Under the pieces are notes generated by a model, which was not told where the DNA came from, did no database searches, and saw only the letters and a program-made list of their open reading frames with translations. From NCBI RefSeq assembly GCF_021869535.1, contig NW_026262667.1:6324001-6388000 (forward strand): 64,000 bases of DNA, in the 5' to 3' direction. Shown one piece after another: positions 50,601 through 63,652 of this stretch. How positions within the stretch are numbered: the stretch's first letter is position 1; every line of letters starts with the position of its first letter. Made by a program: the position numbers and the translations under genes. Origin of the DNA: Mytilus californianus. Its lineage: Eukaryota.

Positions 50601-52560
50601 CCTCGTCAAACAAGATGTTAGATTCTATTCCTTGGTCGATATAACTAACTGGTGCAATGGATGTTTCAAGAAGAATGTCGCGACTTGTTGTGAAGAATGC
50701 ATTACACTAGTCTCGTCTGTTGTTTCAACTACGGTTATCGCTGACTGTTAGTAAATCATTGTAGGCTGCTGTGTCGTACCTGGAATGACCTCTTTTCCTT
50801 TACATATGCTGGTATGATACATTCCGTTACATGTTTTGCATCGTTTTATAAAATTACATGCGGTCACTCAATGTGACCCTAAACAGTTGAAGCATAACTG
50901 TTTCTGTTTGACAATTTGACTTCGCTTGTTTACGTCTGTTACTTCAGTGCACTTTGTCTGAAAGTGCTCACCTGAACAAAAATACATGTACGTGTATTAA
51001 GCTTCTTACGTGATTCTGAGAATTTGGCCTTGATGTATGAATATGATTTCGTACCCATGAAAAATGCAATGGTGTGCAATCCGTCTGATTCCGTGACCCC
51101 TTGTCCTGCTTCGAGTAAGTCGATATCTATAGTTATCGATTTGCGTAAATTTTCTAAGAACAAATTATGTCTCCCTTGTTCTCGCGCAATAGATTTCCTT
51201 ATTTCAATTGGTAATTTGTCCAAAACAACTGGGACCAAAAGCGATCCATACATATCTGGTGTTTGACCAAGTGATTAGAAGCCTCGCACATAGGATTCTA
51301 GTTCGTCTCCGTAAAACCTCAATCTCTATGCATCATTTGTTGGTGGGGGTAGGTTCATGAGTGCTTTCATGCAAGTATGTATCAGTTTACTTGATTGTCC
51401 GTAACGATCTCAAAGAAGGTTGACTGCGGTTTCGTAATTTGCATTGGTCCAAGCGAATCCCTCTACTGTTTGTGCGGCGCTTTCCGCAGGCTGGGCTTTT
51501 AGATTATTGGTCTTTTGGATTGGCGTTAAAGTATTATTATGATGAATAAATGACTCGAAACAATCCAAAAATGTTTGCTACTTGAGTATATCTCCATTAA
51601 AATAGGGCAAGTCTAACTTAGGTAGCCTGTAGTAATTACTTTTTGACGATTTCGACCCTAACGGGACTTGATACATACTATTCTCTGACGATCGGGTATG
51701 TACTGCAGGGGCGTCAATTGAATACTGCTTGTTCAAAGAATCTGTTGCACAAGTGTTCATATCAACTCTGACCTCGGGCGTGAAATTATATGCATTTACG
51801 TTAAGTCTGCTTGTTGAAGGATCAACATTACATACATCATGTGACGTTCTAGTGTTTGTTTAATTTTGCCATTTGATAAGGGACTTTCCGTTTTGAATTT
51901 TCCTTGGAGTTCGGTGTTTTCGTTATTTTACTTTTTTCTAAAGACTTGGTAAATTTGCGAATTTGTCTAAGCTTGCAATCTAGTTCATACATATACTCAT
52001 CTGAGTTGGTGATTTCCTGTTCCGGATTTTCTTCCGATTTTTGATCCAAAAGTCTGCTATTTAAGTCAATCAATGTTTTCTGTTTCTGCGTGACGGCATC
52101 ATCGAGAACTTTCACTTCGTCAACTTCTGTATTTGTGTTAGACTTTAACTCGTAGAATGTTAACAGTAACTTCTTACGGCTCCTTTGTGTCCAGCACAAA
52201 CTGACTTCAGCATTGAATCCATATCCTGTTCACGGCACCATTAAATGTTGTGGAATCTCAATAAATACGTTATAATTGCAATATACGTTTAATCGTCGTG
52301 ATATATAGTAATGGAATCTATACAATAACGTCATACAATACAGCGTTATGGCTACAACGTTATCATAGTTCAATGTTAGTACTTCGCGTTTTTTCCGTCA
52401 CCCCATCATATGCAAGGCAAAAAAGATCACATTGATAGAACAAGTGCAAAAAGAAGCAGTGAGATTTGTCGAAAACAACTGCAAAGACCGAAAACCTGGC
52501 TTTGTAACAAACATGATAAATCAAATAATAAAGGAAATCCTCGGAGAACGAAGGAAAACC
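47690..52560 (+). mobile_element. Fragmented CR1/L2-like LINE (APE endonuclease and RT start), interrupted by later insertions
   Basis: Decayed motifs PHGGGVMVAAK, VGTFYRP, GGDFNIPDINWS (48350-48620), then ..NAVPLFKK..PVSITS (49440-49506) continuing as IICK after the LTR element (52405 onward). Confidence 0.6.
49507..52400 (-). mobile_element. Internally deleted BEL/Pao LTR retrotransposon with two ~155-bp LTRs
   Basis: Direct repeats 49507-49665 and 52246-52400 (TG..CA). PBS TGGTGCCGTGA (52230-52240, minus), complementary to the tRNA-His 3' end. Frameshifted gag RLPKLDLPYFNGD, YGSLLVPVVLDKLP, protease FDEGAQRSFIT, and LLIGADYYW. Confidence 0.85.
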
Positions 52561-53441
52561 AACAGAATATGTATGCTACTATATAAAAATACGGAGATGT
52601 GGTATGATTGCCAATGAGACAACTATCCACCAACGTTCAAATGAAGTGGATGTAAGCAATTATAGGCAATTGTTTACTTTTATTTTTAAGATACAGCATT
52701 AGGTAATAGACAGACTTTAATCCCACCTAACGAACGACATGTTTTCGCAATCTTAGATCTTCAGATACGAGTGAAGTTGACTGATCTATAATTTAACCTA
52801 TTGAGACAATTGCAGTATTCAATGTTGTTTTTTGTAGGCTGTTGTTTGTCTTTTTTTGCCACGGTATGACAGTTCGTTTTCGACTTATGAGTTTGAATAT
52901 CCTTTTGGTTTCTCCCACTTCGCTTTAATCACGATATTTCAGAATCATCTTTTACTACAGAAAGAATGGTGGTCAGAACATTAGAAAGATGTATCGTTCT
53001 TCATAAGGATTTTTGTGAAGTTGAGGTATCCAGTATAAAAATGGGAGATTTTCATCGTCCTTTTTTATTGCTAAAACCAAAGGAGAGAAGTACCAAAGAA
53101 CTGACTTGTGAGCTATAAAACATCTATACAACACCAAACGCTCACTGACTGTACTTTGCCTTAAAAACTAGTAATCATTTTTACTAGCAGGTTATCTTTT
53201 GAAGTTGTCTAGTCTATCTTTCTCTAATCTCTGAAAGAGTCTACTGTACTTGAGTGTATATCGTTCTTTTTGTGTTATACACGTTCACATAGTTCTTCGG
53301 TTGTACCATCCTTTAATACTAGTAGTAAATCTCAAAGGTTTAAGCGTTGTAAAGTGTAGTAAAGTGTAGGTCCAATTATTGTCATACATCATGCGATCTT
53401 ACTGTTTGTGACATCGGATCTTTATTATCTCTATAGATATG

Positions 53442-53449
53442 TATATAAG
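53442..53449 (+). promoter_or_regulatory. Candidate TATA box of the GH114-like gene
   Basis: TATATAAG about 85 bp upstream of ATG 53530. AT-rich context weakens this call. Confidence 0.35.
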
Positions 53450-53529
53450 TAAAGAGAGGTCGCGACTGATAAGAAGTTAAACATTGAACAAAGATACCTA
53501 ACAGAGAATAAATAAATGCTTGGTTGAAC

Positions 53530-56500
53530 ATGTTGCCAACTTTGGTAATTTTGATTTCGTGCTTTTTATTTGTACATGCATCGTGGTGGCGCCCACATCA
53601 GCACATGGCCTGGAACGATGTGATAAATGAACATCACATCAACACTGGTGTTCATGGAGACATGTTTGTCGTCGATTTGTTTGATGTGCCTACAAGTATC
53701 ATTGATGATCTCCACAGGTTTGTCATATTGTTGCGAGCAAAATCTTTATTTTTGTTGAAAAAAGCCTATTGGAAAATTTGGTCGGTGGGGTTTCTGCTTG
53801 TCTTTGCATGAGTTACCTAGAAATTAAAAAGACGCTGCAAAATAATGCTAAAAAAGCATAACATATCTGCCGCAAATTATACAAACACTATGCAATTTCC
53901 AGTTATAATGAATTTGATACCGCACTTTATTTTTAAATTTTATTGCCTGTTTGCATTATTGATTCACTGTTACTTGGTCGATAACACTGTTGATTAACTA
54001 TATTTTTTTATGGCTTCTAAACAGTCAATAACGTTGTCACTATTTGTTGTAAACATTCATTCTCAGATGCAATTCATAAACTGTGTTATAGATGCTCCAA
54101 TTATCTCAGACAATTTGACGTTAACAGTTTTTGCTAACTTATTTATACCGTACATGATTTTTGTCTCAAAGCTTTCTTTGTAATATGTTTCCTCCAAATT
54201 CAGGAAAGGGAAAAGGGTAATATGTTACTTTTCTGCTGGAACGAAAGAAGATTGGCGAAATGATGCCGGCAAGTTTCCATCCGATGGACTTGGGGTTCCT
54301 AATAAGGACTGGAAAGGCGAGACATGGGTTGACATAAGAAATAGTCAGTATGTATACATAATGTTTAGTCCAAATGGCGTCTGTCGTCGTCTGGTGTCTG
54401 TCGTAAACTTATTCGATGATCTCTGAAACTACGGAATCAATTTTAACCAAACTTGGCCTGAATGATCCCTAGGCCATCTAGTATAAAGTTCATGTTTTTT
54501 TTATTCAAGCCAATCCACCAACATGGCAACCATGGATCAAAATAGAACTGATATCTTGAAAACTATAGATAAAAGAGAAAATCTGAAATGATAAGATGAT
54601 CAAACTCATAAGTCGAAAATAAACTGACAACGCCATGGCTAAAAAAGAAAAAGACCAACAGACAAACAATAGTACACAAAACACAACATAGAAAACTAAA
54701 GACTGAGCAACACGAACCCTTACACAAACTTGATGATCTCAGGTGCTCCGGAAGGGTAAGCAGATCCTGCTACACATGTGGCACCCGTCGTGATGCTCAT
54801 GTTAGTACAAACCCGTTAATAAGTCTAATTCGGTAGGTCACATTTGGGGAAAAGGGGACGGAATTGTAGTTACGACATTTTGAACATATCCGCTATCATC
54901 TGTGAAACGGATATTCCATAAAGGTCAACTATTTTGTGATGGCGTCCGTAAAATTTACGAAGGGATGATTCAACTTCTCCACTTGGAACTCTTGGTCTAG
55001 TAGCTTCCTTGTGAGCAGCAACCCTCTATCAATGAAATCATGATAGGAAATTCAAGCCCTGTAATATCGTATCAACTGGGAGATATATACTCCGTTTGCA
55101 GGCGCTGCTGGAATGTTGCTACATAGAAATGGAAAGTTCACAATTAGAAAACTGAAATCATCTCTTTTGTCGTAAAGTTTTGTTTTCAACCGACCCTCAT
55201 TGTCAATTTCTAGATGTGAGTCAAGATATGAGGCAGACTTAACTGTATCTGTTGTATCCTTAATCTCAAGTTCGATGGGATAGATGTGTTCAACATAGTC
55301 ACCAAATTTTGAATTATTTAGTGGGAGAACATCATCAATATAGCGGAAAGTAAAGTTAAAGGATACTGCTAACTTCTTTTCTTTCTTCCTAAGAAGTTCT
55401 TGTATGAAGTCAGCCTCATATAAATTAAGGGACAAGTCGACAAGAAGGGGGCACATTTGGTTCCCATGGGGTTGCCGATTGTTTGTTGAAAAACACGTCC
55501 TCCAAACGTAACAAATATGTTGTCAATCAAGAAATCAAGTATCTTGATAATAGATATAGGAAGATGTGGTATGAGTGCCAATGAGACAACTCTCCATCCA
55601 AGTTACAATTTATAAAAGTAAACCATTATAGGTCAAGGTAAGGCCTTGATAATGTCCGTTTCAGAGAATTTTTTGTTTGAATCAGAGAGATTTTTTACAA
55701 AGTAGGATTTATCCCTCCCTAAGACAAGATGCTTGTATCTAAGTTGGCCATTCTTTTTGATGAATCAAAGCAGGACCAACTCTTTCAATTTGTCTTTTAG
55801 TTTGGAATGGGGGAGATCAACAAATAAGATATGTTGATCATGAATGATATGCTAGTCTTATAATGTCGGGCAATTGTTGAAGATGCACATATATCCAGGC
55901 GAGCGACACAGGCTCTGTAGAGCATCTTGTTGTTATTCATACGAAAAAACAAATTTTCTTGTTTTATTCAAGTGAGTCAAAACAAAATCTTTAAAATTAT
56001 TATTTGCTGCTTCTCCGCCGAAACTGATCGGCTATGGAGATATATCTTCTCTGGCCATTAACTGGTAGACTAGCCCGTTATATGTAACAGGCTGGTACAT
56101 AGCAGGGTACATTCATATTGCATTAACATGTCATTTTCATATGCATGAAATACTTTGCGCTGATAGTCAACCATCCACTTATCAACTAATCAATCAAAAT
56201 TACTAAAACAGTACAATTTATCATATCACTACGTTGTTTTGTAGAGTTAGACGTATAATGAGGGATCGGATTGCTCATGCAAAATCTCGCCATTGTGATG
56301 GTGTAGATCCGGATAATGTTGATGGATGGGCACAGAATCAAGCAGGACTCCATTTAACATCAGATAATCAATTGGACTATAACAGATATTTAGCGAGAGG
56401 TAAAACATTTATATATGAAGGACAACTACCGACGTTCCTCACTTTTTATCCTCGTCTAAACTTTGCAATCATGTTTCAACATACAAGTGAAATATTCATA

Positions 56501-59500
56501 TGTTACACTTAATCATTTTCCGCTCAATATTTTAAAATCTTAATTGTCTTCTCCAAGAACAATTAAATGATAAATATCAACTGCTGATATCATAATAAAG
56601 AGGTAGTGATCAAATAAATCCAATTTCATATGAACGAAGGCGTTTCAAACGGATAATCTTTATTTCAACATCTAACCTTTGTAAACCACCTTCACACAAC
56701 ATATGATACTTAATTCGTGCACACACGACGTGTTTCTGGATTGACCTTCATAAAGTACGCTAGAGACCAACAGTTGGAAACCATAGAAATATAAAACGTT
56801 TGAGAGCATTCAACCCGGTTTGGAGGTAGACCTGGACAGTGAAGGAAAGTCTCAAGTATACCTATGTAATAGCTGACTTTCAGGCTTCATATAAAACTCG
56901 AGCCGATTTGCTAGGGTTCAGGGTAACGTTAAACATCCTCTAGTAACAATGATAAAATCATAAATTTGGTATTACATATAAAAACTATAACATACTATCA
57001 TCACATTTAATGGTAATATACAAAACATTGCTCTTCAAAAATACGATTAAATTGTGAACATAATAAGTGCAAATGAGATTTTGCTTTACATAATACTTAG
57101 TTTTTTCAACCTATTTTAGAAAAATACATTATAATTCTAATAGCATATTACTAATCCTCACCAACTTGTGGAGAAAGGTAGTTACTGCTATGACACAAAC
57201 CATTTCAAAAGTATATTATATACTGGTATATCACACAGTGAACTTATAATATATAACAGCTTACAAATTCTGTAATCCAAAATTACAAGGTTTAATTAAT
57301 GATTTTAATGTTACCATATTGAAACATAGACATAGTTATAAAACATGCAATGTAAGCGATGTTTTCATGTAAGGAAATCATACATAAATCAGGCAATACT
57401 TTAAATATGTACAGAACTATCGTTCTCTTTCTAATACAACTTTATTTATGTTTTTCTATTTGTAATCAATCAATACTGTTATCGTGTACGGACTGATGCA
57501 CTCAATTAATACACTGTAGTATTCAAAATTTACTTATAACAAAGTGTTATCGAATACACCTCATAATATCGATCGGAATGTGTGTACTTTCTAAACTGAT
57601 TTACATATAGTTCTACCGAGTGACTTCCATTTTATTTATGCAACACACGATGTATATATATATATTTGCAAAATATGTCGCAATAATACATTTCTGAAAA
57701 AATAGAGAAAAATAATCATTCATTCAATAAATCATTCACTCAATGAAAATATATTAGGCATATTAATAAAGAAGAAATTAAGAAAAACTCACGTCAAAAT
57801 GTCAAGTCTGTCAATCTATTCAATATAAATTCTCAATAATTTCTATGGCTTCTGGACATAAACATCTATCTATTTCAAATCCATTAGTCTTTCTGTTTCA
57901 AACAAAATAAGTCACAAATCAGCGCTAAAACCTCAAACCAACAAATCAGATTACCAGAAATCCAAATAATCATGAATATTTAACAATACGTCAATAATGT
58001 ATGGAAACGTTTGAATGTAATCAAAATTTAGAAAAAATATAATATTTTGAAGTTTTATTTAACATTTACATAATTATGCATCTTTATTTTACCATTTGAA
58101 TATACACTAAATAAAAAGACTATCACCTTCTCTAACGTGTTGGAAAAATGACTTTCACGCCATTCGACTCTTCCTCCTTCTGATGAAGATATGACGTCAA
58201 AGCATTCAAAACAGGTATTCACTATGCTGTTTCTTTCACAATTTCAATTATAGTACGTGTGATATCTCTCTCCATTCTTCTAAACCTTCCTTCCTTCAGT
58301 TGTTTCTTTAACCATTCTACTTTATGTAGCTAAGATGTTTGTCCAATACCTTGGTTGTAACTATAACTCTGTTGTTGGTTATTCTCATGGTAGTGTATAT
58401 ATGTAGTATTCCTCGTCCTCTGAGCCTTGTTGGTTACTGCAGTGTGTTATCTGGAGCCACTGGTTCCTTTGTGTTTGCCTCGGTATCACCTGATGTGTCT
58501 GAGAGCGTACTACCATCCTGATCATTCTGTTTGTCAGAAGTATCCCCTCTTATCAATCTAGTCAGTCGCTTCTTAGCCTGTTGTCGCATTAGTCACAAGT
58601 GCTAGTTCACCAGTGTTCAACTGTGCTAGAGGGAAAGAGTCATGTCCAAAATCATTCTCTTGACTACCACCAACTGTAGTCCGATCGTTACCAGCTTAAT
58701 TGACGCTATCTTGTTGCCAACCTACCACAGGTACAGCATCACTGTTGGTGTTGCTTTGTGCGTCTTCCTCTGGCAACCAAATAATGAAGCCCTGCTCTGG
58801 CTCTTTATCAGATTATGTCTCGTACTATAGGATTTTGTCTTCTGTTTCTCAAGGACTGTCTCAATATGTTGCGTCCTTGGTGTAGGGTTTCTTTTAGGCC
58901 GTTGTGATAACTGAACATTATCACTTTATGATCTGTAAACAGATACATTGATGCTAACATGTGGAAATGTATTTAAGTGCGAAATTGTTATTTAGATAAA
59001 GTCCGAAACCGTAAGATTTGAGTAATGTTGTCTTGTCTGCACGTGTTTTCAATAGTAAGATAAGGGTCATGGGAAAGTTCACTTAAAGCTGCATGCATTG
59101 ATTCATTATTATTTTGAAGTTCGACCGTTTAGGATTAATAAATTATAGCTTAGGAACTTTGTGTTTTTCTATGGGTGTATAGTTAAGATACCACATATTT
59201 TGTCGACGAGGATAAACTATTATATTAATTAAAACATTTACAATGGCTGATGATCCACCAGTAGCAGTTGTTATGCCTTCAAATACGACAGAATAGAAGA
59301 ATTTGATGAACATTCTGAAGACTGGATTCAGTACACAGAAAGATTAGAATTCTATTTTACAACAAATAACATAGACAATGCCGAGAAAAAACGAGCAATA
59401 TTACTAAGCGCTTGTGGGAAGAAAACCTATAAACTGATGAGAAATTTATTTGCACCAGGGAAACCAGGAGAAAAAACATTTGATGAACTGGTAAAATTAG

Positions 59501-62500
59501 TAAGAGATCACCAAAATCCTAAGCCATCAGAAACTGTACAGAGGTATAAATTTAATACTAGAGATAGAAATCAAAACGAAACGACTAGTTCGTATGTAGC
59601 CGAATTGAGGAATATTTCGGAACATTGTAATTTTAATATGACATTAGAGAACATATTAAGAGATAAACTTGTGTGTGGCAAAGAAGACGACCGAATACAG
59701 AGGCGACCTTTAGCTGAACCAAAATTGAAATTTCCAAAAGCAATGGAAATAGCGCAGCGATGGAGACAGCTGCGAAAAATGCACAAGATTTGCAAACTAC
59801 GGAATCACGTCAGACCGTGCATAAGATGACATTCAGACAAGAGGAATGTTACCGTTGTGGTGGAAACCATAGACCACATGAATGCAAATGGAAAGACGCC
59901 AAGTGCTACATATGTGAAAAAAGGGACACTTAGCAAAAAGGTGCAGGAATAAAGGGAGGCAACACCCAGCTAACGTGAAACCAAGGAATAAGCAACAGAC
60001 GCAGTCAGGACATCCGAAATCTAAACAGAAGCAACAGAAAACACATTTTGTAGAGGAGGATAATAGTGAATGCAAGGAAAAATATTCTATGTATCAAGTG
60101 CAAACGGAAAAGAGGAAACCTTATTGCATTAAGGCTCAAGTCAACAATATGGAGATCGAACTGGAATGTAGCCTTTTCCAAACCGGGCATACGTCCAATT
60201 GGTCGAATGATATTTCTGTACAGAGTTTTTTTTCGTCCTTTTCCATATCTTGCAGTTTTGCCATCAAATTCTATCTCTCTAAACAAAAGCCATGAATAAT
60301 CTTAAATATAGAATGATAAATGAATTAAGAAAAATTCAAAATTGTTTGTGATTTAGTATAAATCTTCTTCTAAAACTGTTCAACTTTCAATTATAATATA
60401 AATGTAAATATAAATGAAACACTCAGAAACGTGTCCTTCCCCTCAAACGTGTCCAACCCCCCAAACGTCTTCATATAACGCATAGACATGTATAGCTTGT
60501 GTAAGACACCGAAACGTGTCCTTTTAATAAACGTCCATATTTTGAAAACGTCCAAATGGGCCTACCTATATGAAAAGTTATTCGTTATCACATATGTTGT
60601 TTGAAAACAAATTAAGTCGAAAAAAACAAATTAAATCGAAATTTGAACAGGAACGTTATACCCGGTGAACAAGAAAAAAATATTTCATGTATATTAAGGA
60701 CGAGAACAAATTAACAATTAATACAATTTAGTTGGTTCTTATAACTTGGAGCGGACACGCTTGGGGGAGATGGACACGTTTCGGCGAATCGGACACGTTT
60801 GGGGGATGGACATTTATGAAAGTGTAACATATATGACAGCCTGAAAAAGATTTTTATTTAACAATTTTTGATTAACATTAACCGCACCTTAAGCCGGTCT
60901 TTTCTTCTTATTTCATAAGGTCTCATTGAGCCGCTAAATGTATGTAATATCTTACTTTGAATTTTAGTTGTAAAAGAAGTTGAATATAGATATTTCACAA
61001 CCATTATCAATTTTTTATCCAACCAAAGAAGAATAAACTTTTTTTAATGGATGGCTGGTTGCGCCTCGTCTGGTTCCTGAAAGTTATATCATACAATTTA
61101 TAACTTTTATGCAAATATTTTGTAAATTTTGAATATATTTGTGCAAAGTTAAGTTCCTAATAAAAATTAATCCTAGAAATTTTATTTCTTAAAAACTATT
61201 TTCAATATATGACTGCCAAATTTCAAAGTTGTATAAATTTTTCCTTCTAGTAAATATCTTTAGCTACAGTTTTTACTTGGAGAATTTTTTAAACCCCCAT
61301 TATTACATAACATTTATGTTTCATTAGAATCTGTAATTTTTGGCGGACAACAATTGCGAGGAACTCCCATATCAAATTTTATTTTCGTAAGAAATACAAT
61401 ATCTATGAATAGCTTGATATAACTCTTAATTTCATGTTTGTAGCATAAAAATATAATTCTAAGAACTGAATGCTTGTTTTTATAATATTGTATGGCGTTA
61501 ATGCGTTGAACGTGAGCACATTTTTAATAAATGTGCTTCGGTCAACGCTTTTACACCCCAATAAAATTATAAAAAGAAGCATTTAATTTCTTAATTGAAG
61601 AGCACCATTTACATATAATATCTAGTCTTGTTATATAAAAACTTAATCACGACGGCTCATTCAATTTGCTGATGGCTGCTTTGTCAACAACATCAACTCC
61701 AACTAGCAACGCGGATATTCTTTATTGACTTTGAGACGGCTACCCGTTATTCTGCCCAACGAACATTTGCCAACATTAAGTGTACATGCTTGTCTGACAG
61801 GGTTCATCTGACCTTGACCTCATGTAAATGGATCATTGATGGTGATGAAGTTTATGTGATATTTGTAGTAAAAACTTCATATTACAGTTATATTACAGTC
61901 ATATTACAGTCTTTCAACACAAATTAATTCATGATAAATAAAACAGGCAGTACATTTCAGCGTGTGCACTCTTGTTTATCAATTAAACTTTTTTGTGCTT
62001 AATTCAAAGATTATTTTTTGTATACTATTAATGTGTCCACAAGTTAAAACATTTTCTTGCGCATAATTTCAGGATTTTATAGTGTTTTGTCCATAAGGGC
62101 TAATATTGTAAATAATTTCATACGATTGTAAAATAGTTTGTTCGTTGTTTACCACTGTTTTGTATATTAGTGCTCTTTGGTGAAATAAATATGTTTTTTT
62201 CAATTTTGACTTTTTTTCAACTATCAATCCGGCAGATTATTCAAAAGTATATTTGAACTAGATTCACTGTAACTATAATAACAGCTAAATTTCACTAATC
62301 CTTATTGCCAAAAAAAAAATCACGTTTCTCAAACACGAAATTACTTACCTGTATACAAAATTATCAAATGTTGGAGAAAACTGAACACACCGATGATGAT
62401 TTTTTGGCAGAAAATGAGGGGACACATTACTTTGTAACACCTGTTTCATATCTTTATCGTGTTTTTCTTGACATTCTTTGATAAAATAAGAGATCACACA

Positions 62501-63652
62501 AAATGTGTGCTAAAGATCTTCGGTCCAAGAATTTTTTTCTTGTGTTATGCACTATATTTTACTACTAAGACCTTTGAAAATTACTTTACAGAGGCACACG
62601 GCTATGGTTTAGCTATCGGACTGAAGAACGATGTAAGCCAACTTGATGACCTGGTTGGCGACTTTGACTTTGCCATTAACGAATCCTGTATGGATTATGA
62701 TCACGAGTGTGACCGGTACAAACCATTTTTTGATGCTAGAAAGGTATACCGAAATAAGTTATATTAATTTTATAGTTGCCTTGTTGAGATAGACACCTTT
62801 ACAAATCATACCAATTACGGAAAATAAACTATATAATATGACAGTTTATATTATCACCGACCTGTAATGCTGATTTGATTCAGTAAGAATTGTTTATTAA
62901 ATACTCCCCCATTTACACTGAACGGTTTCTGACTGTTAAACCAAATTAATTTACAAGATCTACATTCAGGTTTTTAAAATATAATCATTAGGTGATGTCT
63001 GTCTACAGTCATCAAATTGACTTCCAATCCACCATTTGAGGTTGAGTAGAAATGGTTTCAAACCTATGATAAGACAACAACAATACAATTTGTATTCATA
63101 AACTAAAGATTTCAGTGTTCACTATTTACCACATGATGCAGTGTTGGTGTCTATATGAAATTCGTTATAATGCTTTCATTTACATCCATGTAGAATGTGT
63201 TCAAGAACTTAGACTGACACTCTCGTAATATCTAAAAAAAAACTTGCTTTGGGACTGCAATTGCCACATTCTCCTTTCTGTAAAGGTAGATGACCAAGAC
63301 TCAATTTCCAAAGAGGATGCCATCGTAAGTTTGTTTTAGGAAGTACGAATAAAAGATTTGGGGTTTAAGTCAACAATACACCAATCTAATCACATAATAA
63401 TCTACTGTCACATATTTTCTTGATTAGTTAGGAAATTTTGTATCATTTATTATGTTTTCATCTAAGTAGGCACCATTAGTCTTTCATACATTTGATTTTT
63501 TATAATTTTAGCCGGTGTTTCACATCCAATATGTTAGTTCTACGACAGAAGGTCATCAAAAGCAACACGAAATATGCTCATCGTCAAAACGACCTCATAA
63601 CATGAATACTTTAATTAAGCATGGGATGGTAAACTGGAAAATTGGTTGTTAA
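53530..63652 (+). CDS. Secreted glycoside hydrolase family 114-like protein (endo-alpha-1,4-polygalactosaminidase/Ega3-like), 5 exons, 259 aa
   Basis: Exons: 53530-53717, 54204-54347, 56245-56399, 62592-62743, 63512-63652 (780 nt, phases consistent, all GT-AG). Hydrophobic leader MLPTLVILISCFLFVHA, then WWRP, VVDLFD, KRVICYFSAGTKEDWRNDA, WKGETWVDIR, CDGVDPDNVDG, QLDYNRYLAREAHGYGLAIGLKND, FDFAINESC...ECD, PVFHIQY. These motifs match GH114 as I recall it; no search was run. Confidence 0.88.
54596..55860 (-). mobile_element. Penelope-like retroelement remnant in GH114 intron 2
   Basis: RVFQQTIGNPMGTKCAP..LYEADF..FTFRYIDDVL..SYLD..KTKLYDKRDDFSF..VNFPFLCSNIPAAP, a PLE RT with a YIDD motif. Frameshifted. 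Confidence 0.85.
59201..60180 (+). mobile_element. Ty3/Gypsy gag remnant in GH114 intron 3
   Basis: PBS-like TGTCGACGAGGAT (59201-59213), then EEFDEHSEDWIQYTERLEFYF..LLSACG..TFDELVKLV.DH.NPKPSETVQRYKFNTR..LRDKLVCG, and CYRCG / CYIC.K.GH zinc knuckles. Frameshifted; pol is absent. Confidence 0.85.
60427..60813. mobile_element. MITE-like element with inverted subterminal repeats
   Basis: Clustered AAACGTGTCC on the left and GGACACGTTT on the right. Exact ends are not resolved. Confidence 0.5.

Noticed and set aside
53530-63652. GH114 as bacterial or fungal contamination in the assembly
   Set aside because: The gene has four GT-AG introns containing repeat families shared with the rest of the window (e.g. 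Penelope-like and family B), and AT-rich codons like the neighbouring genes.
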